Positions 12,066-25,564 of a stretch of 64,000 nt of DNA are shown here, piece by piece. The stretch's first letter is position 1. Every line of letters starts with the position of its first letter. Position numbers and translations under genes: made by a program. This DNA is from Octopus vulgaris (lineage: Eukaryota), in NCBI GenBank assembly GCA_951406725.2, contig OX597818.1, positions 60,884,001-60,948,000 of the forward strand, given 5' to 3'. The notes below the pieces were generated by a model. The model searched no databases and was not told the DNA's origin. It saw nothing but the letters and a program-made list of their open reading frames with translations.

Positions 12066-14565
12066 TGTTGTAGGGAATTAGTAATAATGGTACACCCCTC
12101 CCACGTGAAGAATGGAATAACCTAGTCATTATAAGTAAAGAGAAGTACGTGAAGTACCAGGGTACGTAGAAGGCGGTCAGAGATAGTCGTGTCTTTACTG
12201 GTTTTAATAAGTATACTGTATACCGAAACGGGCGTTATATCAGTCCAACATTTTTAAGGATTATAACAGTGGTGACGAGGATTTAAACAACTCATGAGGG
12301 ATTAACAACTCACGAGGAGATAACAAACTCGCAAAAGTTTTTGTTGTGCGAATTTTACGAAACAAAATCGTAAAATTATGGAAAATTTCTCGGTCGGTTT
12401 TCTCGAGTTACAAAAACAGCAACAACAGCAGCAGGTGGAGACGCATTGGCCCAGTGGTTAGAGCAGCGAACTCACGGTAGTAAGAGCGCGGTTTCGATTC
12501 CCAGACCGGGCATTGTGAGTGTTTATTGAGCAAAAACACATAAGCTCCATGCGGCTCCCGCGGGAGGAGGGTGGTGAACCCCGCTGTACTCTTTTACCAC
12601 AACTTTCTCTCACGATTTCTTCCTAAATCTGTTACAAAGCAGAGGAACCATGGTGTAACCCACTATGGTGTGGTAAAACTTTCAGACCCTAGTCCAGATT
12701 GTGAATCTTTTGTACCCCAGTATGGTTCAGCTCTCCACCCGTTAAAAGCCACCGTTTACGGAATGAGGATAACAACGTAGCTTTCGCGCCCATGCAACCG
12801 CCAGTCTATCGCGTATGGTGGGTGGATCTTCAAGTTGCCGTTCGCATTTTTAGTAGCTTAGAGTAGGCTCGAATTAGAGATTATTCTTTGTGGCTAATGG
12901 CATGAGTCCTGATTGGAAGAAGAAGAAGAAGAAGAAGAAGAAGAAGAAGAAGAAGAAGAAGAAGAAGAAGAAGAAGAAGAAGAAGAAGAAGAAGAAAAAG
13001 ACGATGACAACAGCAGCAGATACAACTGCAAGAGTAACAACAGAAACAACAACAACAACAAATAATATTACAGCAACAAATGCTACAATTGCTGAAGTCG
13101 TCAGGAAAGTCAGAAAAAGTGTTTTGGACAGACTATGTCGTGAACTCCATAACAGAGTTAAGATACCAACCTGACGAAAAAGTTACCTTCGAAGCTTATT
13201 ACAGACGATATGAGCAAATCTTTGAGAAAGAATGTAAATATTGGGACGACGAGATGAAAACGCGCTTAATCTTGAGAAAACTGGCGGCAACAGAACATGA
13301 ACGATACAGTAATTGTGTACTTCCAAGAAAACCTTCGGAAATAAGCTTTAATGACACAATAGATATATTGCGTAAAGTTTTCAGTGAAAAAAGTTCATAG
13401 TTCAACAAACGTTGGAAGTGTCTGAACATGGAGAAGAACAACAACGAGGACTACATCTCATATGCTGGTAGAGTAACCAGGGTATGCGAGAAGTTTAAGC
13501 TGGATAAATTAACACCAGATATATTCAAATGCCTGACATTTACACCGGGACTTACTGCCTGAAAAGGGCGCAGAAGTTAGAATTAGAATTCTCGCAAAGC
13601 TGGAACAAAACAAGGATGTAATCCTACAGCAAGTGTCAGAAGAATGTGAAAGTATAGTCAAATGAAGACACGACGCAGAGGAAATTGAACGTAAATATTG
13701 TTTCCAAGTAAAGCAAGTGCGAAATAATCAGATTAGAGATAAAGTGTTTTCTGAAAAAAACACGAGAAAAATGAGGAAATAAACCCGTGTTTTGCATGTG
13801 GAGGTGTACATCTAGGGAAAAAGTGTCCATTAAAAAAGCGGAGTGCTTTCGTTGTGGAAATATAGGACATATAAAGATGCACTATAGAACGAAGATGACA
13901 AAACTTCAGAACAAAGAGAAAAGAATAAATAGTATGTCATCGGAATAAATTGGTGATATAACGATGAGAAAATTCGTGAAGGTGAAAATCAGAAATACAA
14001 GTGTTACAATGAAATTAAATACTGGAAGGGATATCGCCATTGTAAACGATAAAACTTGGAAATACGGCGGTAAAGCGAAATTAATTAAATCGGAAATGGT
14101 AGCACATAATGTTACGGGAAAAAGATGATATTTTGTCGGTGAATTTGTATGTGATGTAACATTTCGAGGTCAAATGAAAAAGGCAAAGATATATGTGTTA
14201 AAAAGTTCACTTGATATATTCGGCATTGAGTGGATGGAACTATTCAAAGTGTGGAATACGCCCATAAGTGTTTTATGTGGAAATATAGTCGATTCAGTGA
14301 AAGGTTCGAACGCGGCTGAATCACTGAAACAAAAACATTGCATAAAACGGAGTGGAACACCTGTATGTAAGTCTCAACGAAATGAAATGTTGCCCACGAT
14401 AAAACGTGAACATTGTCCAAAAGTAAATGTTCCGTGGTCGAGTCTACACAACGATTTCGCTGGTCCTTTAAACGGTTCTTACCGCTTAGTGGTAGTTGAT
14501 AGTTTTTCGAAATGGCCTGAAATTTGCAAGTGTAAAAATGTTCAACATTTTTAAGGATTATAACA
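12066..14565 (+). mobile_element. Internally deleted Ty3/Gypsy LTR retrotransposon
   Basis: 5' LTR TGT...ACA at 12066-12268, PBS TGGTGACGAGG at ~12270. Gag (FEAYYRRYEQIF...KTRLILRKL; CFACGGVH...CFRCGNIGH knuckles), decayed protease (KLNTGRD) and integrase start (PWSSLHNDFAGPLNG...VVVDSFSKWPEI). RT/RNaseH absent. Only the last 23 bp of the 3' LTR remain (14543-14565). TSD AATAG/AAGAG. Confidence 0.9.
12435..13006 (+). mobile_element. tRNA-headed SINE, long-tail variant ending in (GAA)n, inserted in Gypsy gag
   Basis: Head gtggagacgcattggcccagtggttagagcagcg...ggtttcgattccc with A/B boxes. 13-bp TSD ACAACAGCAGCAG at 12422-12434 and 13007-13019. Confidence 0.85.
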
Positions 14566-14686
14566 AAGAGAAAACACATCCCAAAGGTGCCACACAGTAG
14601 GTCTGAACCCGAAACCACGTGGTTGGGAAGCAAACTTCTTACCACACAGCCACACCTGCGCCTAGCCTCTGATTGTTCTTTTTCAG

Positions 14687-14820
14687 CACGCACTTTGGAC
14701 TTCCCTTCTTTATCACCATCAAACACTGTGTTCTTGCAATTTCTGGTGGAATCATATGGATGTTTAATAACGCAATATATATCGATGCCAGATGAAAAAA
14801 AATCATGCTACCAGCCTCCG
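14687..14820 (+). other. Weak candidate exon (134 bp)
   Basis: Acceptor ttgttctttttcag and donor CCG|gtgagt, with one open frame (RTLDFPSLSPSN...CYQPP). No recognisable homology. Confidence 0.2.
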
Positions 14821-15086
14821 GTGAGTAACATGCAATAAATCTGTCGCCACCGATGTAGGAAAACAGGGAATAAACATTCACTAATATTGCAAAAAGCCTT
14901 CCAAGTGAATAAAGATTCATTATATGCAATACAATCATGTATTATACTTAATGTTAATACGTCATGACTGTATTCGTTCCGAGATGTCTTATGAACTTGA
15001 TTTGTTCTCAAACATGTACATCAGAATCAGAACAAAATCATCCTCGCAGTGGCCTAGATTTTCTGTGTGTGTGTGTGTGTGTGTGG

Positions 15087-15248
15087 TCGTCGAATTAGCT
15101 TTCTCCTCTCTGGCTTTGAGAAGTCTAATTTCTCAAGATTGGCATTTAAGCAGTGTGTTACATGTACCAGGGCCCCATTATTTACAGGTGTAAGCCTGAA
15201 CTTGTAATCTGGATAGAGTAACTGCAGATTTCTCAATAGCTCAGCGTA
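15087..15248 (-). mobile_element. RLE-type (R4/Dong-like) LINE C-terminal fragment
   Basis: YAELLRNLQLLYPDYKFRLTPVNNGALVHV resembles the KY..L......IP.IIGALG segment of restriction-like endonuclease LINEs. Confidence 0.6.
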
Positions 15249-15835
15249 TGTATGTATGTACGTATGTATGTATGCATGTATGCATGTATTATGTATGTAT
15301 GCATGTATATATGTATAGCTCATCATTATCTTTTCCATAGAGTTTTAAGTCACCCATCTAAAATAGATGGCTTATTTTCTTGTCAATTTTATAACCATAC
15401 CCTGTTCCCGTTCAGTTCGCTTGTAAGGGGTATTAGGGAAAATACAAAAAATTAGAGGTGAAAGTGAGTCACCTTTGAAAATTCCTCACTTGATATTAAC
15501 GTCGTTTGAAGTGATTACTCCATTAGAATGGTATAATTGGAGATTCGTATTCCTCAATGGCATATTATGCTTCAGGAAGTTGGAAATTATAGGAGAAATT
15601 TTGAAGATGTCCAGCGATTTCAAGATCCATGAATGCGGTATGCTATCAAAAGCCCTTTTTTTTTATTTTTATGATCAATCCACTCTGAATTGAGATTCCT
15701 GCGTTTTGTTATGAGTGTTCTGAAGGATCACGCGATTAATTAAGAGTTGATCTTTGAATCCGTATGAACCACGCCGGCATCATTTCAATTGTCCAGCGAT
15801 TTCAGTAGCCATGAATGCGGTATGCTATTATTGTT

Positions 15836-15870
<35 letters not shown>

Positions 15871-15999
15871 CATCCTCATCCTTTTCCTCATCCTCATCAT
15901 TATCGTCGTCATCGTCGTCGTCGTCATCATCGTCGTTGTCGTCGTCGTCATCATTATCATCATTGTCATCATCATCGTCATTGCCATCATCATCACCAA

Positions 16000-16062
<63 letters not shown>

Positions 16063-16154
16063 TATTAGAGAACTTTTAGCTTAAAGCATAGAGCACCCAG
16101 CCAGTGTATGTAAGGGTAAGGGGTTCGATCCCTGTAGCCAGCTGTGGGCAAATT

Positions 16155-16630
16155 TCTTTTAAAATCCTTCGCTTGGCAGTGTTACTGTGGCGCTCTGCCG
16201 GTTCGAAACAAGATCTACAGACACGGAAGTGCTGTTAAACGGACCAGTCTGAGGTGTGCCCAGGGCGACGAAACCGTCCTTCACGCACTCGTGTAGTGTC
16301 TGCGCTCATTACTGCCTTGTGGAGCTTTGTCGAACAGCTGTTGTCGCGTGTCGGACGGATCCGTTTGTCAACCGAGTCCATCGTGAAGATTGCCCCCACC
16401 GCCTTCCTTTGGCCGAGAAGGAAAGGCAATTTTCCTCTCTGTCTGGTGGCTATGGCGAAGGAAGTGGTGAGGTGGACGAGATTGAAAAGGACTGAAGACA
16501 GATACCTCCTTCCTCGGCCAAGCCCTCGTCGACTTCTTCGAGTTCCACCTGAAAAGGCAAATGAGAGCAGAGCGGGACGTTCTGCCCCTCTCCCCAGAAG
16601 ATTTGTTGAAAGGTGGGTGAATGTGGCATG
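16155..16630 (+). mobile_element. Tx1/L1-like LINE ORF2 3' end (zinc-knuckle region), decayed
   Basis: FAWQCYCGALPVRNKIYRHG...LRCAQGDETVLHALV*C...LWSFVEQLLSR...CLVAMAKEVV.WTRLK; GC-rich relative to the flanks. Confidence 0.8.
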
Positions 16631-16646
16631 TTAGTAGTAGTAGTAC

Positions 16647-16706
<60 letters not shown>

Positions 16707-16716
16707 CAGCAGCATT

Positions 16717-17259
16717 GAGTAAGAGAGTAGTGCATGCCATCAAAGTGACACTCGGGTAAAATATATGAAGCCCAGTATACCCATCATGACTACCCGTCTG
16801 ATAAAGTTACACCAGGCAAATGCATTACAACCATGTGTGCACGACATGGTGATCTCATATCAAGATAAACAGCACATGACCTTGCAAGTGGGACCCAGTT
16901 AGAATTTTCTTCAGGTCGAGTAGCCCATCCCGCTCAAAAAGTCCCTGAATAAGGGTTGTTTAAGAGTGTTAAAGCAAAACACTAATGTTTCCAGAGGTGA
17001 ATTATTAAGCTCCAAAAATTCTTCTCAACACATGACTTTGATGCTCCGCCACTACTTCTGTTCGTGATCAGAGACGCGCATATCGTCAGCCACCAAGGGA
17101 CATGCTCAAATGATTAAGATAAAAAAAACTGACAAGCAAATCTGAGGTATTGAGCAGAATATTTGGTGTAGCCCATCTTTTGTGCCAAGACAAAACAATG
17201 TACATGATAACACTTCCAATCAGTTAAGATCAGAAGCCATGAGAGCCAATGCCAGGGCA
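16717..17259 (-). mobile_element. ~540-bp non-coding interspersed element next to (TAA)n
   Basis: Inverted homologue of 36255-36798; bounded by (AGT)n and (ATT)n tracts. Confidence 0.8.
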
Positions 17260-17355
17260 TTTATTATCATCATCATCATCATTATTATTATTATCATTAT
17301 TATCATTACTATTATTCAATTATTATTGTTGTTGTTGTTGTTGTTAGTATTATTA

Positions 17356-18001
<646 letters not shown>

Positions 18002-18769
18002 CATTATTATGTCAATGTCTCAGAAACAAAGTAACCCTACCATTTTCGCCCTCGTTCTCTCTTTCAGTAAAAAGACAAGGACTTAAACATTTACATCCCT
18101 CGTTTCTTAGGACAAATGAACTCGCCAAACTCTTCCGGAAGCTCACCCAATATTAAAAAATTGACTCCCAACATGCGATAAACATTTTTTTTTAATATTT
18201 TATATTGTTATTGTTGTTGTTTTTTTTATATAATTTTAAAAGCTGTCTGAAATGAAAAAAATTTTAACATTTTTCATTTTGCTTTCAAATCATTCGAGCC
18301 ATATGAAACATATTCTAAGCGATCTGCCAGCCATTTGAAGAGGGTAAATAAAACCAAACCTGTTCATAGTCCTGACACACGGCTGACAATATTTCTATCT
18401 GTCTTCCTTTAATCTCGGCTTTTGTTGGCAATCTACCATGACCTTAGATCATAGACCAGTGGCTTGCGGATGGACTAGTTTTACATCCATTATCAGATTC
18501 ATGTCGTCGGTGATGTTATGTTAGTTTATTGACAGAATCAACGTTGTTTTCAATAAAATAAATATATAAATAAATGTATAAAATTCTGGTAGGTTTTTTT
18601 TTTTTTTTTTATCGAATTTATTTGATGAAACGAAATGCCAAGCAAATATTTCTCTTCAAATAACAAGTTATCTTCATGTCTGTATTGAAGATTTCATTTT
18701 CTTACTTAGATTTAAAAAGCGAACAAAGGAACCCCGCAGAGTCGTTTAATCAGCGAGATATCTTTTATC

Positions 18770-18896
18770 TTTTACTTGTTTCACTCATTAGACGGCGGTC
18801 ATGCTGGGGCACCATCGTGAAGAATTTTTGTCGAACGAATCAACACCGGTACTTATTATTATTATTATTATTATCATTTGTGTGAGTGTTTGTGTA

Positions 18897-18944
<48 letters not shown>

Positions 18945-19250
18945 TGTGCGAAGGATAGTACTTACTCTATTGGTGTCTTTTGCCGAACCGCTAAGTTATG
19001 GGGGCGTAAACACACCAACTTCGATTGCCAAGCGGAAGTGGGGAACAAACACACACACAAACACATACACAAACACACACACACACACACACACACGCTT
19101 ACACACACACGTGTGTGTGTGTGTGTGTGTGCATACGAAGAGCTTCTTTCACTTTCCGACTACCAAATCCACTCAAAAGGCTTTAGTGGGCACGGGGCTG
19201 TAGTGGAAGACACTTGCCCAAGGTGTCACGCAGCTGGACTAAACCCAGAC
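18770..19250 (-). mobile_element. Microsatellite-bearing SINE (diverged)
   Basis: Tail, mid and head blocks matching the family consensus. Confidence 0.75.
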
Positions 19251-19504
19251 CAATGTAGCTGGCAGTCTTTGAATTATCGTTAAAAAAACCCACGTAGATT
19301 ACACGTAGACAGCTTCTATTTTAAAGGCTTGCTCAATTAATGTTGATTTGCTGTTAAACGACCACAACTGAACCATAAAATACGTTATTTTCTCTCTTTG
19401 CTGCAGCTGGTCGGTGTTTTAACCCTGGCTCCAGACTAACTGGTGAAGTAATTAACTAGATCCTATAGAGGCTTCATTAATGGATTTTTTTCTAAAATAA
19501 TCCT

Positions 19505-19830
19505 TTCTACTGGAGGCACAAGGCCGCACATTTGTGAGGTGGTGACTACTTGATTATATCGACTTCAGTTTTTCAACCGAAAGGATGAAAGGCAAAGTCG
19601 ACCTCGGCGGAATTTGAACTCAGAACGTGGCGACAGGCGAAATACCTATTTCTTTACTACCCACAAGGGGCTAAACATAGAGTGGACAAACAAAGACAGA
19701 CAAACGGATTAAGTCGATTACATCGACCCCAGTGCATAACTGGTACTTAATTTATCGACCCCGAAAGGATGAAAGGCAAAATCGACCTCGGCGGAATTTG
19801 AACTCAGAACGTAAAGACAGACAAAATCCC
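19505..19830 (-). mobile_element. SINE dimer (GGCGGCGAG family)
   Basis: Two core units joined at gaaatacc|tatttctttactacc. Confidence 0.75.
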
Positions 19831-20054
19831 GCAGTCAGCTTTCTGCTCTCTTTTTCCCTTCCAAGGTGTTTGTAATCTATAATAAATTGTCTTTTATGGT
19901 TGATTTTCTTCGATGTACATCGTTAATGAACGCTTGTGTGTGTGTGTATGTGTGTGTGTGTGTGTGTGTGACCACTGCTTGATAACCGGTGATGTGTGTT
20001 CGCGCTCCCCGTAACTAAGCGGTCCGTTCAGGAAAAGATACCTATAGATTAAGC

Positions 20055-20354
20055 GGGTTAGCTGGATGCTGATGAAGGGACAAGACCCCGCGAAATATAG
20101 CATACACGCCCATTACCTATTTAATAAGGCGGCGAGCTGGCAAAAACGTTAGCACATCGGGCGAAATGCTTAGCAGTATTTCGTCTGCCGCTACGTTCTG
20201 AGTTCAAATTCCGCCGAGGTCGACTTTGCCTTTTCATCCTTTCGGGGTCGATTAAATAAGTACCAGTTACGCACTGGAGTCGATATAATCAGCTTAATCC
20301 GTTTGTCTGTTCTTGTTTGTCCTCTGTGTTTACCCCCTTGTGGGTAGTAAAGAA
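20055..20354 (+). mobile_element. SINE (20128-20354) with a 73-bp 5' extension inside a 22-bp TSD
   Basis: AAAAGATACCTATAGATTAAGC at 20033-20054 and 20355-20376. The insert interrupts another SINE. Confidence 0.8.
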
Positions 20355-20864
20355 AAAAGATACCTATAGATTAAGCACCGAGCTTAAAGCAAAAAAAAAA
20401 GACCGTACTGGAGTCGATTTGTTTGGCTAAAGCCTTCGAGACAGTGCCCCAGCGTGGCCGCAGTCTGATGACTGAAACAAATAAATAAAATAAAAGAATA
20501 AGAGAAAACCATAATATTGAGAAATTCGTAGACGTAAAATATGATTTGAAAACAAATACATATCGTTGAATTGGGATTATTGAAGAATTATTTGTAAAGC
20601 GATGAAATAAAATAATGATGGAATGGAGAAAGGTGGAGGCAATGTTGAGTGATAAAAGAGAATTATTGTTCAAGTGAGTTCCTGGGTTTCTAATACAGGA
20701 CCAATTTAAAGATTTCGAGAAATTCAATTTATTTTAAACAAGGTAGAAACACATTCACAGTGCTAAAAGAAAAAGAAAAATAGACATTTTTTTGAAGTGT
20801 CGCTTACTTAGTAGAAAATCAACAGGAATTAATTAATTTAAATTAACAATATAACGGTGGCAAT

Positions 20865-20900
20865 ATATTATTATTTTTCTTCTTCTTCTTCTTCTTCTTC

Positions 20901-20956
<56 letters not shown>

Positions 20957-20957
20957 G

Positions 20958-21018
<61 letters not shown>

Positions 21019-21048
21019 CATCATCATCATCATTATTATTATTATTCC

Positions 21049-21099
<51 letters not shown>

Positions 21100-21129
21100 C
21101 ATCATCATCATCATTATTATTATTATTCC

Positions 21130-21191
<62 letters not shown>

Positions 21192-21263
21192 TTACTATTA
21201 CTATTATTATTATTATTATTACTATTACTATTACTATTATTATTATTACTATTATTACTATTA

Positions 21264-21324
<61 letters not shown>

Positions 21325-21344
21325 TATTATTATTATTGTTATTA

Positions 21345-21376
<32 letters not shown>

Positions 21377-21403
21377 TATCATCATCATCAACATCATCAT
21401 CGA

Positions 21404-21499
<96 letters not shown>

Positions 21500-21519
21500 T
21501 ACTACTACTATTATTATTA

Positions 21520-21587
<68 letters not shown>

Positions 21588-21590
21588 TGT
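20865..21590. repeat. (ATT)/(ATC)n compound microsatellite
   Basis: Direct reading. Confidence 0.9.
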
Positions 21591-22954
21591 GTGAAATGTC
21601 ATTTGCCTTTTCCTGCTGTTTAAATTTCTAATAGAAGAATTCACTTCTTTTTTCTTGGTGAAGAAGTAATTATTGTTCAATACGATGCATTGCTCTACAT
21701 TGATCAATAAATAATTACTTCTCACCCCCAAAGAAGAAGAAAAAAATGAACCATTCAACAACTTTGGAAACAGTAGGAGAAGGAAATGACATTTCACGTG
21801 AATAATATTTTTAAAATACTAAATTAATGAAAGGAAACATATTAGGTCCCCAATTTGAATCAAAGCTTGAAAGATCGAAGACATTCGTCATCAATTTCTA
21901 ACATCAGACAACTTTTGACTGTTTGTCGGAGGTGGGGCCTGGCTACATAATAGAATTATCCCACCACACATTAGAAGTTAGATTCATCATTTCAAAGCAC
22001 AACTTCGCCGGTTCGAATAAACAGCTGCCAAAAACATTTAAGTATTATTTCAAATATTTGGGAGGAGATAGAGTTTAAATGATAAACTCTGCAACTCTTT
22101 CATTTCTTTTTCTCTCTACATTTCATTTATTATTTTCTTTCTTCTATTTGAAAAGAGGACTCTTTTCCGAAATATTTAGAATCAATGTACGACTTATGTA
22201 AGATAATACAATGCTTTTTAAGAGGCTTCATTTATTACATCACCTTAAATATTTTACCTAATTTCTCTCCTGCAATGCACAACAACATTTTACGATTAAT
22301 TTTGTCAATTAGTTGCATGGTTAGTAAAAAGACGAAGAAGAAGAAGAAGAAGAAGAAGAAGAAGAAGAAGAAGAAGAAGAAGAAGAAGAAGAAGAAGAAG
22401 AAGAAGAAGAAGAAGAAGAAGAAGAATTTGTATATATGTGTGTTTGTGTTTCTCCTTAACAATGGGTGTTAGTAGCTTAGTGGTTCGACAAAAGACACTG
22501 ATAGAATAAACATCAGTACCTACTGGGATCGATTTGCACGACTAAGACTCTGCCAGGTAGTGCCCCCAAACAGATTAAAGGTGAAAAATACCTTCAGTAA
22601 ATAGTAAATAGCTATCGTGACTAAGTGGTAAGAAACTCGCTTCCCAACCACGAGGATGCGGGTTCAGTCCCACTACGTGGCAACTTGGGAAGGTGTTTTC
22701 TACTATAGCCTTGAATCAACCAAAGTCTTGTCAGTGGATTTGGTAGACGGAAACTGAAAGAAGCTCGTCGTACATATGTATATATTGCTGCATGTAAGAT
22801 CATCTGCTGTGTGTCGCTTATTTAGCTATATATTGCACACTAGGGCGAACGACTGCCATGTCTAGAACACAAGTATAACCAATACCAAGTAAGAAGAGTT
22901 ATACCCAAAAACCAGCCGGTGTATTGGTTCGTGTCACATATATATACATCTATA

Positions 22955-23005
<51 letters not shown>

Positions 23006-23699
23006 ATGTGTCTGTGTTTGTCCCCCTAGCATTGCTTGACAACCGATGTTGGTGTGTTTATGTCCCCGTCATTTAGCGGTTCGGCAAAAGAGACCGATAA
23101 AATAAGTACTGGGCTTACAAAGAATAAGTCCCGGGGTCGAGTTGCTCATTTAAAAGGCGGTGCTCCAGCATGGCCGCAGTCAAAATGACTGAAACAAGTA
23201 AAAGAGTATATATATATATATATATATAACTATCTATCTATCTATATGTGTGAGTGTGTGTGTCTTTGGTTCTAGTGTTTGTGTATTTATTCCCTGTAAC
23301 ATAACGGTCCGGCAAAAGAGACTAATAGAATAAGTACTCGGCTTTTTTTTTAAAAAAAGTGGAAGTATTGTGGTCGATTCATTCAATTAAATTATCCAAG
23401 GTGATGCTTCAGCATGGCCACGGTCTAATGACTGAAACAAGCAAAAGAATTTATGCTGAAACAGGGGAAATAGAGACGTATTAAAGCTAACGCCATCTTT
23501 ATTAGAAGAGAAATATTCCAAGAACGCTCACTTAGTCTCTATTCCCTTCTCTTCCTGCTGTTCTCTATTCTCATTCTTCTCACTGTTAACTATTTTAACT
23601 AACATGCTGTATAGAACTTGTCTTAGATACAGTTATGTTCAGAGAACCGACCGTGTTTTGTAAGCAGACGACAGCAAATTGTAACCTCCAGATGATAAA

Positions 23700-24250
23700 A
23701 ACCTATAAACACTGCTGCAAAAACTACAATGATTTAGCAGAGATTCGGATTAGAAAAACAATCTGAGACAACTCTGAAGAGAGGAAAATTAATTAGGAAC
23801 ACTAATATCACGGTAGATAAGAAACAGAGTTAGAGAATTAAGAGAAATAAGAGATAAGAGAAATGCAGGCTTACAAATAGTCAGGAACCAATGAAGTAAA
23901 TAGAATACGGCAAATACAAATGAAAGCAAACGTTGGGAAATAATATTAGGAACGTATTAGATTAATACTTAAAACAAAGCGAGATGTAAAAATAAAAAGT
24001 AAGACGCTTCAATAGTTTAGTTGCCTTAGTGATATGTTATATGTTGAGTATAATGTCTACTCAATAGGACATTAAGCAAACTAACAAGCCTGGACTCAAA
24101 AACAAAGACACTAATGACTGTATTTAGTATGAACTACGCAATAACTGGCAAAGAGAGATTATATTTACCACGAGTACAAAGAGGCAGCGGCATTATGCAA
24201 CTAGAAACATATTATGAATTATTTGCTCTAAAACTACAAAAATATTCTGT
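23700..24250 (+). mobile_element. Highly decayed R4/Dong-like RT-region fragment
   Basis: [22 protein letters not shown] resembles the (D/E)RLYLPR..GGRG motif; upstream TTLKRGKL and RIRLILKT. Confidence 0.55.
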
Positions 24251-24254
24251 ACAT

Positions 24255-24427
24255 GGGCGTAGGAGTGGCTGTGTGGTAAGTAGCTTTCTGATCAACCACA
24301 TGGTTCCGGGTTCAGTCCCACTGCGTGGCACATTGGGCATGTGTCTTCTGCTATAGCATCGGGCCGACCAAAGCCTTGTGAGTGGATTTGGTAGACAGAA
24401 ACTGAAAGAAGCTCGTCGTATATATGT

Positions 24428-24502
<75 letters not shown>

Positions 24503-24840
24503 CATATATATATATACATATATATATATATGGGGGGACAAACACAAACATATACACTAATACATACATACATACATACATACATACATACGTATGTATG
24601 TATGTATGTATGTATGTATGTATGTTTGTGTGTATGTGTGTATATGTTTGTGTTTGTCCCCCCAACATCATTTGATGTTGGTGTGTTTACGTCCCCGTTA
24701 CTTAGCGGTTCAGCAAAAGAGACCGATAAAATAAGTACTAGGCTTACAAAGAATAAGTCCTGGGGTCGATTTGCTCGACTAAAGGCAGTGCTCCAGCATG
24801 GCCGCAGTCAAATGACTGAAAAGAGTAAAAGAGTAAAAGG
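24255..24840 (+). mobile_element. Full-length tRNA-headed SINE with internal microsatellite
   Basis: Head gggcgtaggagtggctgtgtggtaag...ggttcagtccc, internal (TA)/(CATA)/(TATG)n, tail cagcatggccgcagtcaaatgactgaaaagagtaaaagag. Confidence 0.9.
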
Positions 24841-25179
24841 GTAAAGAGAATAATCCAAAGACACAAATAGCAGTAAAAGTATGAGCCATATAAAAGAGAA
24901 ACTGGCTTCTTTGTTGGCCTCGTGGAGGGCCAGGGCCCACAGACGATAATATGTGTTTAAGAAATGGAAAAAAATGATTCAAATTTTAAGATCTGGAAAT
25001 AGAGATAACCAGAATGTAGGAATTGCAAACGGAAACAATACTGAAAATATCAGATGTTTTTTAAATGATTGTAGGACATAAAGACAAGCACCTAATCAAG
25101 ACCCAAGGACTAATAAATATAGACAACATACGGAAATTATCAGGGTTAATGTAGTTGACATGTTATTACGTAGATTACC

Positions 25180-25564
25180 GTGGAGGCACAATGGCCCAGT
25201 GGTTAGGGCAGCGGACTCGCGGTCATAGGATCGCGGTTTCGATTCCCAGACCGGGCGTTGTGAGTGTTTATTGAGCGAAAACACCTAAAAGCCCCACGAG
25301 TCTCCGGCAGGGGATGGTGGTGATCCCGGCTGTACTCTTTCACCACAACTTTCTCTCATTCTTACTTCCTGTTTCTGTTGTACCTGTATTTCAAAGGGCC
25401 GGCCTTGTCACTCTCTGTGTCACGCTGAATATCCCCGAGAACTACGTTAAGGGTACACGTGTCTGTGGAGTGCTCAGCCACTTACACGTTAATTTCACGA
25501 GCAGGCTGTTCCGTTGATTCAGATCAACCGGAACCCTCGTCGTCGTAACCGACGGAGTGCTTCC
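25180..25564 (+). mobile_element. tRNA(Arg)-like-headed SINE, full length
   Basis: tRNA-like head with TCG anticodon-like loop and A/B boxes. 12-bp TSD ACGTAGATTACC at 25168-25179 and 25565-25576. Confidence 0.9.

Larger units (their letters stand above)
11716..14663 (-). mobile_element. Microsatellite-bearing SINE split by the Gypsy insertion (halves ~11716-12065 and ~14566-14663)
   Basis: The left half ends ...ggagctataatag and the right half resumes aagagaaaacacatcccaaaggtgccacacag, matching the intact consensus ggctatagtagaagacacttgcccaaggtgccacgcag. Confidence 0.8.

Noticed and set aside
25180-25255. tRNA-Arg gene (also heads at 12435, 27999, 47727)
   Set aside because: tRNA-like heads continue into SINE bodies bounded by TSDs; the acceptor stem is not intact.
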